A DNA stretch of 64,000 bases from Balanoglossus misakiensis (lineage: Eukaryota; Animalia; Hemichordata), in NCBI GenBank assembly GCA_040954595.2, contig CM082583.2, positions 11,111,656 through 11,175,655 on the forward strand, read 5' to 3'. Below, in pieces: positions 1 through 13,699 of this stretch (positions are counted from its first letter, which is position 1; every line of letters starts with the position of its first letter). The translations under genes and the position numbers were made by a program. The notes under the pieces are model-generated. The model saw only the letters and a program-made list of their open reading frames with translations, was not told where the DNA came from and searched no databases.

Positions 1-3000
1 TTGAAAAAATCATGGGTTATAGCTCAGGAAAATCTTCAAAAATCGAGGATTTTTCGACTTTTCGGATTTTCAAAATTTGGTCATTTTTTGAAAAAATCAT
101 GGGTTATAGCTCAGGAAAATCTTCAAAAATCGAGGATTTTTCGACTTTTCGGATTTTAAAAAATTTGGTCATTTTTTGAAAAAATCATGGGTTATAGCTC
201 AGGAAAATCTTCAAAAATCGAGGATTTTTCGACTTTTCGGATTTTCAAAATTTGGTCATTTTTTGAAAAAATCACGGGTTATAGCTCAGGAAAATCTTCA
301 AAAATCGAGGATTTTTCGACTTTTCGGATTTTCAAAATTTGGTCATTTTTTGAAAAAATCACGGGTTATAGCTCAGGAAAATCTTCAAAAATCGAGGATT
401 TTTCGACTTTTTGGATTTTCAAAATTTGGTCATTTTTTGAAAAAATCATGGGTTATAGCTCAGGAAAATCTTCAAAAATCGAGGATTTTTCGACTTTTCG
501 GATTTTCAAAATTTGGTCATTTTTTGAAAAAATCATGGGTTATAGCTCAGGAAAATCTTCAAAAATCGAGGATTTTTCGACTTTTCGGATTTTCAAAATT
601 TGGTCATTTTTTGAAAAAATCATGGGTTATAGCTCAGGAAAATCTTCAAAAATCGAGGATTTTTCGACTTTTCGGATTTTCAAAATTTGGTCATTTTTTG
701 AAAAAATCATGGGTTATAGCTCAGGAAAATCTTCAAAAATCGAGGATTTTTCGACTTTTCGAATTTTCAAAATTTGGTCATTTTTTGAAAAAATCATGGG
801 TTATAGCTCAGGAAAATCATAAAAAATCGAGGATTTTTCGACTTTTCGAATTTTCAAAGTTTGGTCATTTTTTGAAAAAATCATGGGTTATAGCTCAGGA
901 AAATCTTCAAAAATCGAGGATTTTTCGACTTTTCGAATTTTCAAAGTTTGGTCATTTTTTGAAAAAATCATGGGTTATAGCTCAGGAAAATCTTCAAAAA
1001 TCGAGGATTTTTCGACTTTTCGAATTTTCAAAATTTGGTCATTTTTTGAAAAAATCATGGGTTATAGCTCAGGAAAATCTTCAAAAATCGAGGATTTTTC
1101 GACTTTTCGAATTTTCAAAATTTGGTCATTTTTTGAAAAAATCATGGGTTATAGCTCAGGAAAATCTTCAAAAATCGAGGATTTTTCGACTTTTCGAATT
1201 TTCAAAATTTGGTCATTTTTTGAAAAAATCATGGGTTATAGCTCAGGAAAATCTTCAAAAATCGAGGATTTTTCGACTTTTCGAATTTTCAAAATTTGGT
1301 CATTTTTTGAAAAAATCATGGGTTATAGCTCAGGAAAATCTTCAAAAATCGAGGATTTTTCGACTTTTCGAATTTTCAAAATTTGGTCATTTTTTGAAAA
1401 AATCATGGGTTATAGCTCAGGAAAATCTTCAAAAATCGAGGATTTTTCGACTTTTCGAATTTTCAAAATTTGGTCATTTTTTGAAAAAATCATGGGTTAT
1501 AGCTCAGGAAAATCTTCAAAAATCGAGGATTTTTCGACTTTTCGAATTTTCAAAATTTGGTCATTTTTTGAAAAAATCATGGGTTATAGCTCAGGAAAAT
1601 CTTCAAAAATCGAGGATTTTTCGACTTTTCGAATTTTCAAAATTTGGTCATTTTTTGAAAAAATCATGGGTTATAGCTCAGGAAAATCTTTAAAAATCGA
1701 GGATTTTTCGACTTTTCGAATTTTCAAAATTTGGTCATTTTTTGAAAAAATCATGGGTTATAGCTCAGGAAAATCTTCAAAAATCGAGGATTTTTCGACT
1801 TTTCGAATTTTCAAAATTTGGTCATTTTTTGAAAAAATCATGGGTTATAGCTCAGGAAAATCTTCAAAAATCGAGGATTTTTCGACTTTTCGAATTTTCA
1901 AAATTTGGTCATTTTTTGAAAAAATCATGGGTTATAGCTCAGGAAAATCATAAAAAATCGAGGATTTTTCGACTTTTCGAATTTTCAAAGTTTGGTCATT
2001 TTTTGAAAAAATCATGGGTTATAGCTCAGGAAAATCTTCAAAAATCGAGGATTTTTCGACTTTTCGAATTTTCAAAGTTTGGTCATTTTTTGAAAAAATC
2101 ATGGGTTATAGCTCAGGAAAATCTTCAAAAATCGAGGATTTTTCGACTTTTCGAATTTTCAAAATTTGGTCATTTTTTGAAAAAATCATGGGTTATAGCT
2201 CAGGAAAATCTTCAAAAATCGAGGATTTTTCGACTTTTCGAATTTTCAAAATTTGGTCATTTTTTGAAAAAATCATGGGTTATAGCTCAGGAAAATCTTC
2301 AAAAATCGAGGATTTTTCGACTTTTCGAATTTTCAAAATTTGGTCATTTTTTGAAAAAATCATGGGTTATAGCTCAGGAAAATCATAAAAAATCGAGGAT
2401 TTTTCGACTTTTCGAATTTTCAAAGTTTGGTCATTTTTTGAAAAAATCATGGGTTATAGCTCAGGAAAATCATAAAAAATCGAGGATTTTTCGACTTTTC
2501 GAATTTTCAAAGTTTGGTCATTTTTTGAAAAAATCATGGGTTATAGCTCAGGAAAATCTTCAAAAATCGAGGATTTTTCGACTTTTCGAATTTTCAAAAT
2601 TTGGTCATTTTTTGAAAAAATCATGGGTTATAGCTCAGGAAAATCTTCAAAAATCGAGGATTTTTCGACTTTTCGAATTTTCAAAATTTGGTCATTTTTT
2701 GAAAAAATCATGGGTTATAGCTCAGGAAAATCTTCAAAAATCGAGGATTTTTCGACTTTTCGAATTTTCAAAATTTGGTCATTTTTTGAAAAAATCATGG
2801 GTTATAGCTCAGGAAAATCTTCAAAAATCGAGGATTTTTCGACTTTTCGAATTTTCAAAATTTGGTCATTTTTTGAAAAAATCATGGGTTATAGCTCAGG
2901 AAAATCTTCAAAAATCGAGGATTTTTCGACTTTTCGAATTTTCAAAATTTGGTCATTTTTTGAAAGAATCATGGGTTATAGCTCAGGAAAATCTTTAAAA

Positions 3001-6000
3001 ATCGAGGATTTTTCGACTTTTCGAATTTTCAAAATTTGGTCATTTTTTGAAAAAATCATGGGTTATAGCTCAGGAAAATCTTCAAAAATCGAGGATTTTT
3101 CGACTTTTCGAATTTTCAAAATTTGGTCATTTTTTGAAAAAATCATGGGTTATAGCTCAGGAAAATCTTCAAAAATCGAGGATTTTTCGACTTTTCGAAT
3201 TTTCAAAATTTGGTCATTTTTTGAAAAAATCATGGGTTATAGCTCAGGAAAATCTTCAAAAATCGAGGATTTTTCGACTTTTCGAATTTTCAAAATTTGG
3301 TCATTTTTTGAAAAAATCATGGGTTATAGCTCAGGAAAATCATAAAAAATCGAGGATTTTTCGACTTTTCGAATTTTCAAAGTTTGGTCATTTTTTGAAA
3401 AAATCATGGGTTATAGCTCAGGAAAATCATAAAAAATCGAGGATTTTTCGACTTTTCGAATTTTCAAAGTTTGGTCATTTTTTGAAAAAATCATGGGTTA
3501 TAGCTCAGGAAAATCTTCAAAAATCGAGGATTTTTCGACTTTTCGAATTTTCAAAATTTGGTCATTTTTTGAAAAAATCATGGGTTATAGCTCAGGAAAA
3601 TCTTCAAAAATCGAGGATTTTTCGACTTTTCGAATTTTCAAAATTTGGTCATTTTTTGAAAAAATCATGGGTTATAGCTCAGGAAAATCTTCAAAAATCG
3701 AGGATTTTTCGACTTTTCGAATTTTCAAAATTTGGTCATTTTTTGAAAAAATCATGGGTTATAGCTCAGGAAAATCTTCAAAAATCGAGGATTTTTCGAC
3801 TTTTCGAATTTTCAAAATTTGGTCATTTTTTGAAAAAATCATGGGTTATAGCTCAGGAAAATCTTCAAAAATCGAGGATTTTTCGACTTTTCGAATTTTC
3901 AAAATTTGGTCATTTTTTGAAAAAATCATGGGTTATAGCTCAGGAAAATCTTCAAAAATCGAGGATTTTTCGACTTTTCGAATTTTCAAAATTTGGTCAT
4001 TTTTTGAAAAAATCATGGGTTATAGCTCAGGAAAATCTTCAAAAATCGAGGATTTTTCGACTTTTCGAATTTTCAAAATTTGGTCATTTTTTGAAAAAAT
4101 CATGGGTTATAGCTCAGGAAAATCTTCAAAAATCGAGGATTTTTCGACTTTTCGAATTTTCAAAATTTGGTCATTTTTTGAAAAAATCATGGGTTATAGC
4201 TCAGGAAAATCTTCAAAAATCGAGGATTTTTCGACTTTTCGAATTTTCAAAATTTGGTCATTTTTTGAAAAAATCATGGGTTATAGCTCAGGAAAATCTT
4301 CAAAAATCGAGGATTTTTCGACTTTTCGAATTTTCAAAATTTGGTCATTTTTTGAAAAAATCATGGGTTATAGCTCAGGAAAATCTTCAAAAATCGAGGA
4401 TTTTTCGACTTTTCGAATTTTCAAAATTTGGTCATTTTTTGAAAAAATCATGGGTTATAGCTCAGGAAAATCTTCAAAAATCGAGGATTTTTCGACTTTT
4501 CGAATTTTCAAAATTTGGTCATTTTTTGAAAAAATCATGGGTTATAGCTCAGGAAAATCTTCAAAAATCGAGGATTTTTCGACTTTTCGAATTTTCAAAA
4601 TTTGGTCATTTTTTGAAAAAATCATGGGTTATAGCTCAGGAAAATCTTCAAAAATCGAGGATTTTTCGACTTTTCGAATTTTCAAAATTTGGTCATTTTT
4701 TGAAAAAATCATGGGTTATAGCTCAGGAAAATCTTCAAAAATCGAGGATTTTTCGACTTTTCGAATTTTCAAAATTTGGTCATTTTTTGAAAAAATCATG
4801 GGTTATAGCTCAGGAAAATCTTTAAAAATCGAGGATTTTTCGACTTTTCGGATTTTCAAAATTTGGTCATTTTTTGAAAAAATCATGGGTTATAGCTCAG
4901 GAAAATCTTCAAAAATCGAGGATTTTTCGACTTTTCGAATTTTCAAAATTTGGTCATTTTTTGAAAAAATCATGGGTTATAGCTCAGGAAAATCTTTAAA
5001 AATCGAGGATTTTTCGACTTTTCGAATTTTCAAAATTTGGTCATTTTTTGAAAAAATCATGGGTTATAGCTCAGGAAAATCTTCAAAAATCGAGGATTTT
5101 TCGACTTTTCGAATTTTCAAAGTTTGGTCATTTTTTGAAAAAATCATGGGTTATAGCTCAGGAAAATCTTCAAAAATCGAGGATTTTTCGACTTTTCGAA
5201 TTTTCAAAATTTGGTCATTTTTTGAAAAAATTGTGGGTTATTGCTCAGGAAAATCTTCAAAAATCGAGGATTTTTCGACTTTTCGACTTTTCAAATTTGG
5301 TCATTTTTTGAAAAAATCATGGGTTATAGCTCAGGAAAATCTTTAAAAATCGAGGATTTTTCGACTTTTCGAATTTTCAAAATTTGGTCATTTTTTGAAA
5401 AAATCATGGGTTATAGCTCAGGAAAATCTTCAAAAATCGAGGATTTTTCGACTTTTCGAATTTTCAAAGTTTGGTCATTTTTTGAAAAAATCATGGGTTA
5501 TAGCTCAGGAAAATCTTCAAAAATCGAGGATTTTTCGACTTTTCGACTTTTCAAAATTTGGTCATTTTTTGAAAAAATCATGGGTTATAGCTCAGGAAAA
5601 TCTTTAAAAATCGAGGATTTTTCGACTTTTCGAATTTTCAAAATTTGGTCATTTTTTGAAAAAATTGTGGGTTATTGCTCAGGAAAATCTTCAAAAATCG
5701 AGGATTTTTCGACTTTTCGACTTTTCAAATTTGGTCATTTTTTGAAAAAATCATGGGTTATAGCTCAGGAAAATCTTCAAAAATCGAGGATTTTTCGACT
5801 TTTCGAATTTTCAAAATTTGGTCATTTTTTGAAAAAATCATGGGTTATAGCTCAGGAAAATCTTCAAAAATCGAGGATTTTTCGACTTTTCGAATTTTCA
5901 AAATTTGGTCATTTTTTGAAAAAATCATGGGTTATAGCTCAGGAAAATCTTCAAAAATCGAGGATTTTTCGACTTTTCGAATTTTCAAAATTTGGTCATT

Positions 6001-9000
6001 TTTTGAAAAAATCATGGGTTATAGCTCAGGAAAATCTTCAAAAATCGAGGATTTTTCGACTTTTCGAATTTTCAAAATTTGGTCATTTTTTGAAAAAATC
6101 ATGGGTTATAGCTCAGGAAAATCTTTAAAAATCGAGGATTTTTCGACTTTTCGAATTTTCAAAATTTGGTCATATTTTGAAAAAATCATGGGTTATAGCT
6201 CAGGAAAATCTTCAAAAATCGAGGATTTTTCGACTTTTCGAATTTTCAAAATTTGGTCATTTTTTGAAAAAATCATGGGTTATAGCTCAGGAAAATCTTC
6301 AAAAATCGAGGATTTTTCGACTTTTCGAATTTTCAAAATTTGGTCATTTTTTGAAAAAATCATGGGTTATAGCTCAGGAAAATCTTCAAAAATCGAGGAT
6401 TTTTCGACTTTTCGAATTTTCAAAATTTGGTCATTTTTTGAAAAAATCATGGGTTATAGCTCAGGAAAATCTTCAAAAATCGAGGATTTTTCGACTTTTC
6501 GAATTTTCAAAATTTGGTCATTTTTTGAAAAAATCATGGGTTATAGCTCAGGAAAATCTTCAAAAATCGAGGATTTTTCGACTTTTCGAATTTTCAAATT
6601 TGGTCATTTTTTGAAAAAATCATGGGTTATAGCTCAGGAAAATCTTCAAAAATCGAGGATTTTTCGACTTTTCGAATTTTCAAAATTTGGTCATATTTTG
6701 AAAAAATCATGGGTTATAGCTCAGGAAAATCTTCAAAAATCGAGGATTTTTCGACTTTTCGAATTTTCAAAATTTGGTCATTTTTTGAAAAAATCATGGG
6801 TTATAGCTCAGGAAAATCTTCAAAAATCGAGGATTTTTCGACTTTTCGAATTTTCAAAATTTGGTCATTTTTTGAAAAAATCATGGGTTATAGCTCAGGA
6901 AAATCTTCAAAAATCGAGGATTTTTCGACTTTTCGAATTTTCAAAATTTGGTCATTTTTTGAAAAAATCATGGGTTATAGCTCAGGAAAATCTTCAAAAA
7001 TCGAGGATTTTTCGACTTTTCGAATTTTCAAAATTTGGTCATTTTTTGAAAAAATCATGGGTTATAGCTCAGGAAAATCTTCAAAAATCGAGGATTTTTC
7101 GACTTTTCGAATTTTCAAATTTGGTCATTTTTTGAAAAAATCATGGGTTATAGCTCAGGAAAATCTTCAAAAATCGAGGATTTTTCGACTTTTCGAATTT
7201 TCAAAATTTGGTCATTTTTTGAAAAAATCATGGGTTATAGCTCAGGAAAATCTTCAAAAATCGAGGATTTTTCGACTTTTCGAATTTTCAAAATTTGGTC
7301 ATTTTTTGAAAAAATCATGGGTTATAGCTCAGGAAAATCTTCAAAAATCGAGGATTTTTCGACTTTTCGAATTTTCAAAATTTGGTCATTTTTTGAAAAA
7401 ATCATGGGTTATAGCTCAGGAAAATCTTCAAAAATCGAGGATTTTTCGACTTTTCGAATTTTCAAAATTTGGTCATTTTTTGAAAAAATCATGGGTTATA
7501 GCTCAGGAAAATCTTCAAAAATCGAGGATTTTTCGACTTTTCGAATTTTCAAAATTTGGTCATTTTTTGAAAAAATCATGGGTTATAGCTCAGGAAAATC
7601 TTCAAAAATCGAGGATTTTTCGACTTTTCGAATTTTCAAAATTTGGTCATTTTTTGAAAAAATCATGGGTTATAGCTCAGGAAAATCTTCAAAAATCGAG
7701 GATTTTTCGACTTTTCGAATTTTCAAAATTTGGTCATTTTTTGAAAAATCATGGGTTATAGCTCAGGAAAATCTTCAAAAATCGAGGATTTTTCGACTTT
7801 TCGAATTTTCAAAATTTGGTCATTTTTTGAAAAAATCATGGGTTATAGCTCAGGAAAATCTTCAAAAATCGAGGATTTTTCGACTTTTCGAATTTTCAAA
7901 ATTTGGTCATTTTTTGAAAAAATCATGGGTTATAGCTCAGGAAAATCTTCAAAAATCGAGGATTTTTCGACTTTTCGAATTTTCAAAATTTGGTCATTTT
8001 TTGAAAAAATCATGGGTTATAGCTCAGGAAAATCTTCAAAAATCGAGGATTTTTCGACTTTTCGAATTTTCAAAATTTGGTCATTTTTTGAAAAAATCAT
8101 GGGTTATAGCTCAGGAAAATCTTCAAAAATCGAGGATTTTTCGACTTTTCGAATTTTCAAAATTTGGTCATTTTTTGAAAAAATCATGGGTTATAGCTCA
8201 GGAAAATCTTCAAAAATCGAGGATTTTTCGACTTTTCGAATTTTCAAAATTTGGTCATTTTTTGAAAAAATCATGGGTTATAGCTCAGGAAAATCTTCAA
8301 AAATCGAGGATTTTTCGACTTTTCGAATTTTCAAAATTTGGTCATTTCTTGAAAAAATCATGGGTTATAGCTCAGGAAAATCTTCAAAAATCGAGGATTT
8401 TTCGACTTTTCGAATTTTCAAAATTTGGTCATTTTTTGAAAAAATCATGGGTTATAGCTCAGGAAAATCTTCAAAAATCGAGGATTTTTCGACTTTTCGA
8501 ATTTTCAAAATTTGGTCATTTTTTGAAAAAATCATGGGTTATAGCTCAGGAAAATCTTCAAAAATCGAGGATTTTTCGACTTTTCGAATTTTCAAAATTT
8601 GGTCATTTCTTGAAAAAATCATGGGTTATAGCTCAGGAAAATCTTCAAAAATCGAGGATTTTTCGACTTTTCGAATTTTCAAAATTTGGTCATTTTTTGA
8701 AAAAATCATGGGTTATAGCTCAGGAAAATCTTCAAAAATCGAGGATTTTTCGACTTTTCGAATTTTCAAAATTTGGTCATTTTTTGAAAAAATCATGGGT
8801 TATAGCTCAGGAAAATCTTCAAAAATCGAGGATTTTTCGACTTTTCGAATTTTCAAAATTTGGTCATTTTTTGAAAAAATCATGGGTTATAGCTCAGGAA
8901 AATCTTCAAAAATCGAGGATTTTTCGACTTTTCGAATTTTCAAAATTTGGTCATTTTTTGAAAAAATCATGGGTTATAGCTCAGGAAAATCTTCAAAAAT

Positions 9001-11880
9001 CGAGGATTTTTCGACTTTTCGAATTTTCAAAATTTGGTCATTTTTTGAAAAAATCATGGGTTATAGCTCAGGAAAATCTTCAAAAATCGAGGATTTTTCG
9101 ACTTTTCGAATTTTCAAAATTTGGTCATTTTTTGAAAAAATCATGGGTTATAGCTCAGGAAAATCTTCAAAAATCGAGGATTTTTCGACTTTTCGAATTT
9201 TCAAAATTTGGTCATTTTTTGAAAAAATCATGGGTTATAGCTCAGGAAAATCTTCAAAAATCGAGGATTTTTCGACTTTTCGAATTTTCAAAATTTGGTC
9301 ATTTTTTGAAAAAATCATGGGTTATAGCTCAGGAAAATCTTCAAAAATCGAGGATTTTTCGACTTTTCGAATTTTCAAAATTTGGTCATTTTTTGAAAAA
9401 TCATGGGTTATAGCTCAGGAAAATCTTCAAAAATCGAGGATTTTTCGACTTTTCGAATTTTCAAAATTTGGTCATTTTTTGAAAAAATCATGGGTTATAG
9501 CTCAGGAAAATCTTCAAAAATCGAGGATTTTTCGACTTTTCGAATTTTCAAAATTTGGTCATTTTTTGAAAAAATCATGGGTTATAGCTCAGGAAAATCT
9601 TCAAAAATCGAGGATTTTTCGACTTTTCGAATTTTCAAAATTTGGTCATTTTTTGAAAAAATCATGGGTTATAGCTCAGGAAAATCTTCAAAAATCGAGG
9701 ATTTTTCGACTTTTCGAATTTTCAAAATTTGGTCATTTTTTGAAAAAATCATGGGTTATAGCTCAGGAAAATCTTCAAAAATCGAGGATTTTTCGACTTT
9801 TCGAATTTTCAAAATTTGGTCATTTTTTGAAAAAATCATGGGTTATAGCTCAGGAAAATCTTCAAAAATCGAGGATTTTTCGACTTTTCGAATTTTCAAA
9901 ATTTGGTCATTTTTTGAAAAAATCATGGGTTATAGCTCAGGAAAATCTTCAAAAATCGAGGATTTTTCGACTTTTCGAATTTTCAAAATTTGGTCATTTC
10001 TTGAAAAAATCATGGGTTATAGCTCAGGAAAATCTTCAAAAATCGAGGATTTTTCGACTTTTCGAATTTTCAAAATTTGGTCATTTTTTGAAAAAATCAT
10101 GGGTTATAGCTCAGGAAAATCTTCAAAAATCGAGGATTTTTCGACTTTTCGAATTTTCAAAATTTGGTCATTTTTTGAAAAAATCATGGGTTATAGCTCA
10201 GGAAAATCTTCAAAAATCGAGGATTTTTCGAATTTTCGAATTTTCAAAATTTGGTCATTTTTTGAAAAAATCATGGGTTATAGCTCAGGAAAATCTTCAA
10301 AAATCGAGGATTTTTCGACTTTTCGAATTTTCAAAATTTGGTCATTTCTTGAAAAAATCATGGGTTATAGCTCAGGAAAATCTTCAAAAATCGAGGATTT
10401 TTCGACTTTTCGAATTTTCAAAATTTGGTCATTTTTTGAAAAAATCATGGGTTATAGCTCAGGAAAATCTTCAAAAATCGAGGATTTTTCGACTTTTCGA
10501 ATTTTCAAAATTTGGTCATTTTTTGAAAAAATCATGGGTTATAGCTCAGGAAAATCTTCAAAAATCGAGGATTTTTCGACTTTTCGAATTTTCAAAATTT
10601 GGTCATTTTTTGAAAAAATCATGGGTTATAGCTCAGGAAAATCTTCAAAAATCGAGGATTTTTCGACTTTTCGAATTTTCAAAATTTGGTCATTTCTTGA
10701 AAAAATCATGGGTTATAGCTCAGGAAAATCTTCAAAAATCGAGGATTTTTCGACTTTTCGAATTTTCAAAATTTGGTCATTTTTTGAAAAAATCATGGGT
10801 TATAGCTCAGGAAAATCTTCAAAAATCGAGGATTTTTCGACTTTTCGAATTTTCAAAATTTGGTCATTTTTTGAAAAAATCATGGGTTATAGCTCAGGAA
10901 AATCTTCAAAAATCGAGGATTTTTCGACTTTTCGAATTTTCAAAATTTGGTCATTTTTTGAAAAAATCATGGGTTATAGCTCAGGAAAATCTTCAAAAAT
11001 CGAGGATTTTTCGACTTTTCGAATTTTCAAAATTTGGTCATTTTTTGAAAAAATCATGGGTTATAGCTCAGGAAAATCTTCAAAAATCGAGGATTTTTCG
11101 ACTTTTCGAATTTTCAAAATTTGGTCATTTTTTGAAAAAATCATGGGTTATAGCTCAGGAAAATCTTCAAAAATCGAGGATTTTTCGACTTTTCGAATTT
11201 TCAAAATTTGGTCATTTTTTGAAAAAATCATGGGTTATAGCTCAGGAAAATCTTCAAAAATCGAGGATTTTTCGACTTTTCGAATTTTCAAAATTTGGTC
11301 ATTTTTTGAAAAAATCATGGGTTATAGCTCAGGAAAATCTTCAAAAATCGAGGATTTTTCGACTTTTCGAATTTTCAAAATTTGGTCATTTTTTGAAAAA
11401 ATCATGGGTTATAGCTCAGGAAAATCTTCAAAAATCGAGGATTTTTCGACTTTTCGAATTTTCAAAATTTGGTCATTTTTTGAAAAAATCATGGGTTATA
11501 GCTCAGGAAAATCTTCAAAAATCGAGGATTTTTCGACTTTTCGAATTTTCAAAATTTGGTCATTTTTTGAAAAAATCATGGGTTATAGCTCAGGAAAATC
11601 TTCAAAAATCGAGGATTTTTCGACTTTTCGAATTTTCAAAATTTGGTCATTTTTTGAAAAAATCATGGGTTATAGCTCAGGAAAATCTTCAAAAATCGAG
11701 GATTTTTCGACTTTTCAAAATTTGGTCATTTTTTGAAAAAATCATGGGTTATAGCTCAGGAAAATCTTCAAAAATCGAGGATTTTTCGACTTTTCGAATT
11801 TTCAAAATTTGGTCATTTTTTGAAAAAATCATGGGTTATAGCTCAGGAAAATCTTCAAAAATCGAGGATTTTTCGACTTT
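1..11880. repeat. 87-bp tandem satellite array, ~136 near-identical monomers, runs off the left edge
   Basis: Monomer TTGAAAAAATCATGGGTTATAGCTCAGGAAAATCTTCAAAAATCGAGGATTTTTCGACTTTTCGAATTTTCAAAATTTGGTCATTTT repeats head-to-tail with only sparse substitutions and small indels. The 29-aa periodicity of the ORF track confirms the 87-bp period. Confidence 0.99.
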
Positions 11881-12232
11881 GCGATCTTTGACGATTTTGT
11901 CACTTTTGGACATTTTTCATGAGTTAGAGCCCATGAAAATTGTCAAAAAGTGACTAATTTCTGACTTCGCGGATTTTGGTGTTTTTGTCATTTCTGGACA
12001 TTTTTCATGGGTTATTGCTCATGAAAATTGTCAAAAAGTGACCATTTTCCGACTTCGCGGATTTTGGTGTTTTTGTCATTTCTGGACATTTTTCATGGGT
12101 TATAGCCCATGAAAATTATCAAAAAGTGACCATTTTCCGACTTCGCGGATTTTGGTGTTTTTGTCATTTCTGGAAATTTTTCATGGCTTATAGCCCTTGA
12201 AAATTGTCAAAAAGTGACCATTTTCCGACTTT
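11875..12232. repeat. Four copies of a diverged 88-bp unit related to the satellite, with internal inverted repeat
   Basis: GACTT anchor recurs at 11875, 11963, 12051, 12139, 12227 (period 88). Shares CATGGGTTATAGC, TCAAAAA and GTCATTT with the 87-mer. Confidence 0.92.
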
Positions 12233-13699
12233 AAGAAGTGAAATGTCGCTTTCTGAGAGGAAAAAATCCAGTTTTGGAGAAATGCATTTGAAGGGAGCTT
12301 TATTTTGTGAGCTGCCGGTCGGGGTGTATCACATTCTTTTCTGGAGAACGTTTTTGCTCGGTGTTGAAATCCGGTGTTAAGAATCGGTCGTTGTCACTCA
12401 TCGGTAAGAGATACTTCTCAGACTACTAATGGAATAATGGGGTCCATTCATGGCAGAAAAGCTGTTGATATCGATGCGGTGGCGTGTGACACAGATGTAA
12501 TCAGCGACAGAAAAGACCCCTTTGTCCCGGGGCGGATTCGCACTGGCTCACTCGGTGGACAGTGCCGATACTGTGTGGGTCCACCTTGACGTGGTGGTGT
12601 CGCGTTTCCACGCCTGCCACGGTGTTTGCGTCTGACAATGCTTGACGACGCCATCAAAGTGGAGAGACGTGGCCCGCAGTGGCCGTGTCAGGTCGACTCG
12701 ATATCCGAGAAGGTTTTTTAGCGTAGTGACATGAATCTATCTTTTATCCAAACTTCTGAAAACCAAATAATGACGGGTCAACGACCAGAGGCAATAAGTG
12801 GTGACACGGATTAGACGGTGAATCGACTCTGTGCGGTGGCGGAACAAATGTCAAATGTGAAGTGTTGATCGACAGAGAGCGCTGTCAACGTTACCCTGAC
12901 TTGGGCGATATACCCAGCATTTCCCTTCAGAATCTTGCTTATCGTTCCGCCGAACGAATGCCTCAAAATGATATCTGTGTACTAAACAAGACGTCAAGCC
13001 GAAACTCATATGTACATGTATTCCGTTTGGTAAAGAACGCCCTCTGGCGGGCCAATATTTTGTATCGGCGCATGAATACCAGTAGCCAAGTACATCAGCG
13101 TTTTCTTAAAGGAAAACAACCGAGAGCCTGAGAGTAAAACTATCCTTTCAAGTTTTCGGTCAATGGTGATTAAATGTCGAACGTTTATTATTTCCCCTTA
13201 TATCACTGCTGTGCTATCTTAATGGCACTTTTATCAGTACATTTAATGGCATAATGCGCATGCACAGTAGCTAAGTTTACTGGCCGGGCAGATAAGACGA
13301 AATCTGAACCGCCTCAAATCTGTGGTCCCGCGGGAACCCACCCCGATGAGTTCATGTGTTTTCAATCGATTCCCAGAGCCAATTAAGGCAACCAGGTCAG
13401 CCGGCGTGCGTGCGAGCACCGGACGCCTATTCCTCGAATAGGGGAATATATTATATATGACGTTTGCACATCAATTTATGACTTAATTAGAAAAGTGAGA
13501 AAAAAAACATGTAATCACGATGTAACGGCATCTTATCGGGTTGTTAGGTTTTAACGATTCTGTTCGTTTAATATAAAACAGTAATTTGATTAAATTGATT
13601 ATTTTTTTGCTCTAATAAAGCATGCAGTAGCAAGTAGGCCTAGTTGGCTAAAATGTTGAGCTGACACGCATCAGGTCGGCTTCGGAAACAAATTATCGT

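Noticed and set aside
1-11880. CRISPR-like array
   Set aside because: No unique spacers, no cas genes, eukaryotic context.
176-11953. Very long ORFs (up to 1400 aa) of 29-aa repeats in two + frames
   Set aside because: By-product of an 87-bp (3n) monomer lacking stops in two frames. Variants introduce stops and frameshifts freely, and there is no synonymous divergence or domain.
12581-12620. CCACCTTGACGTGGTGG resembling the 5' end of RTE-type LINEs
   Set aside because: Match is too short and has no downstream similarity.
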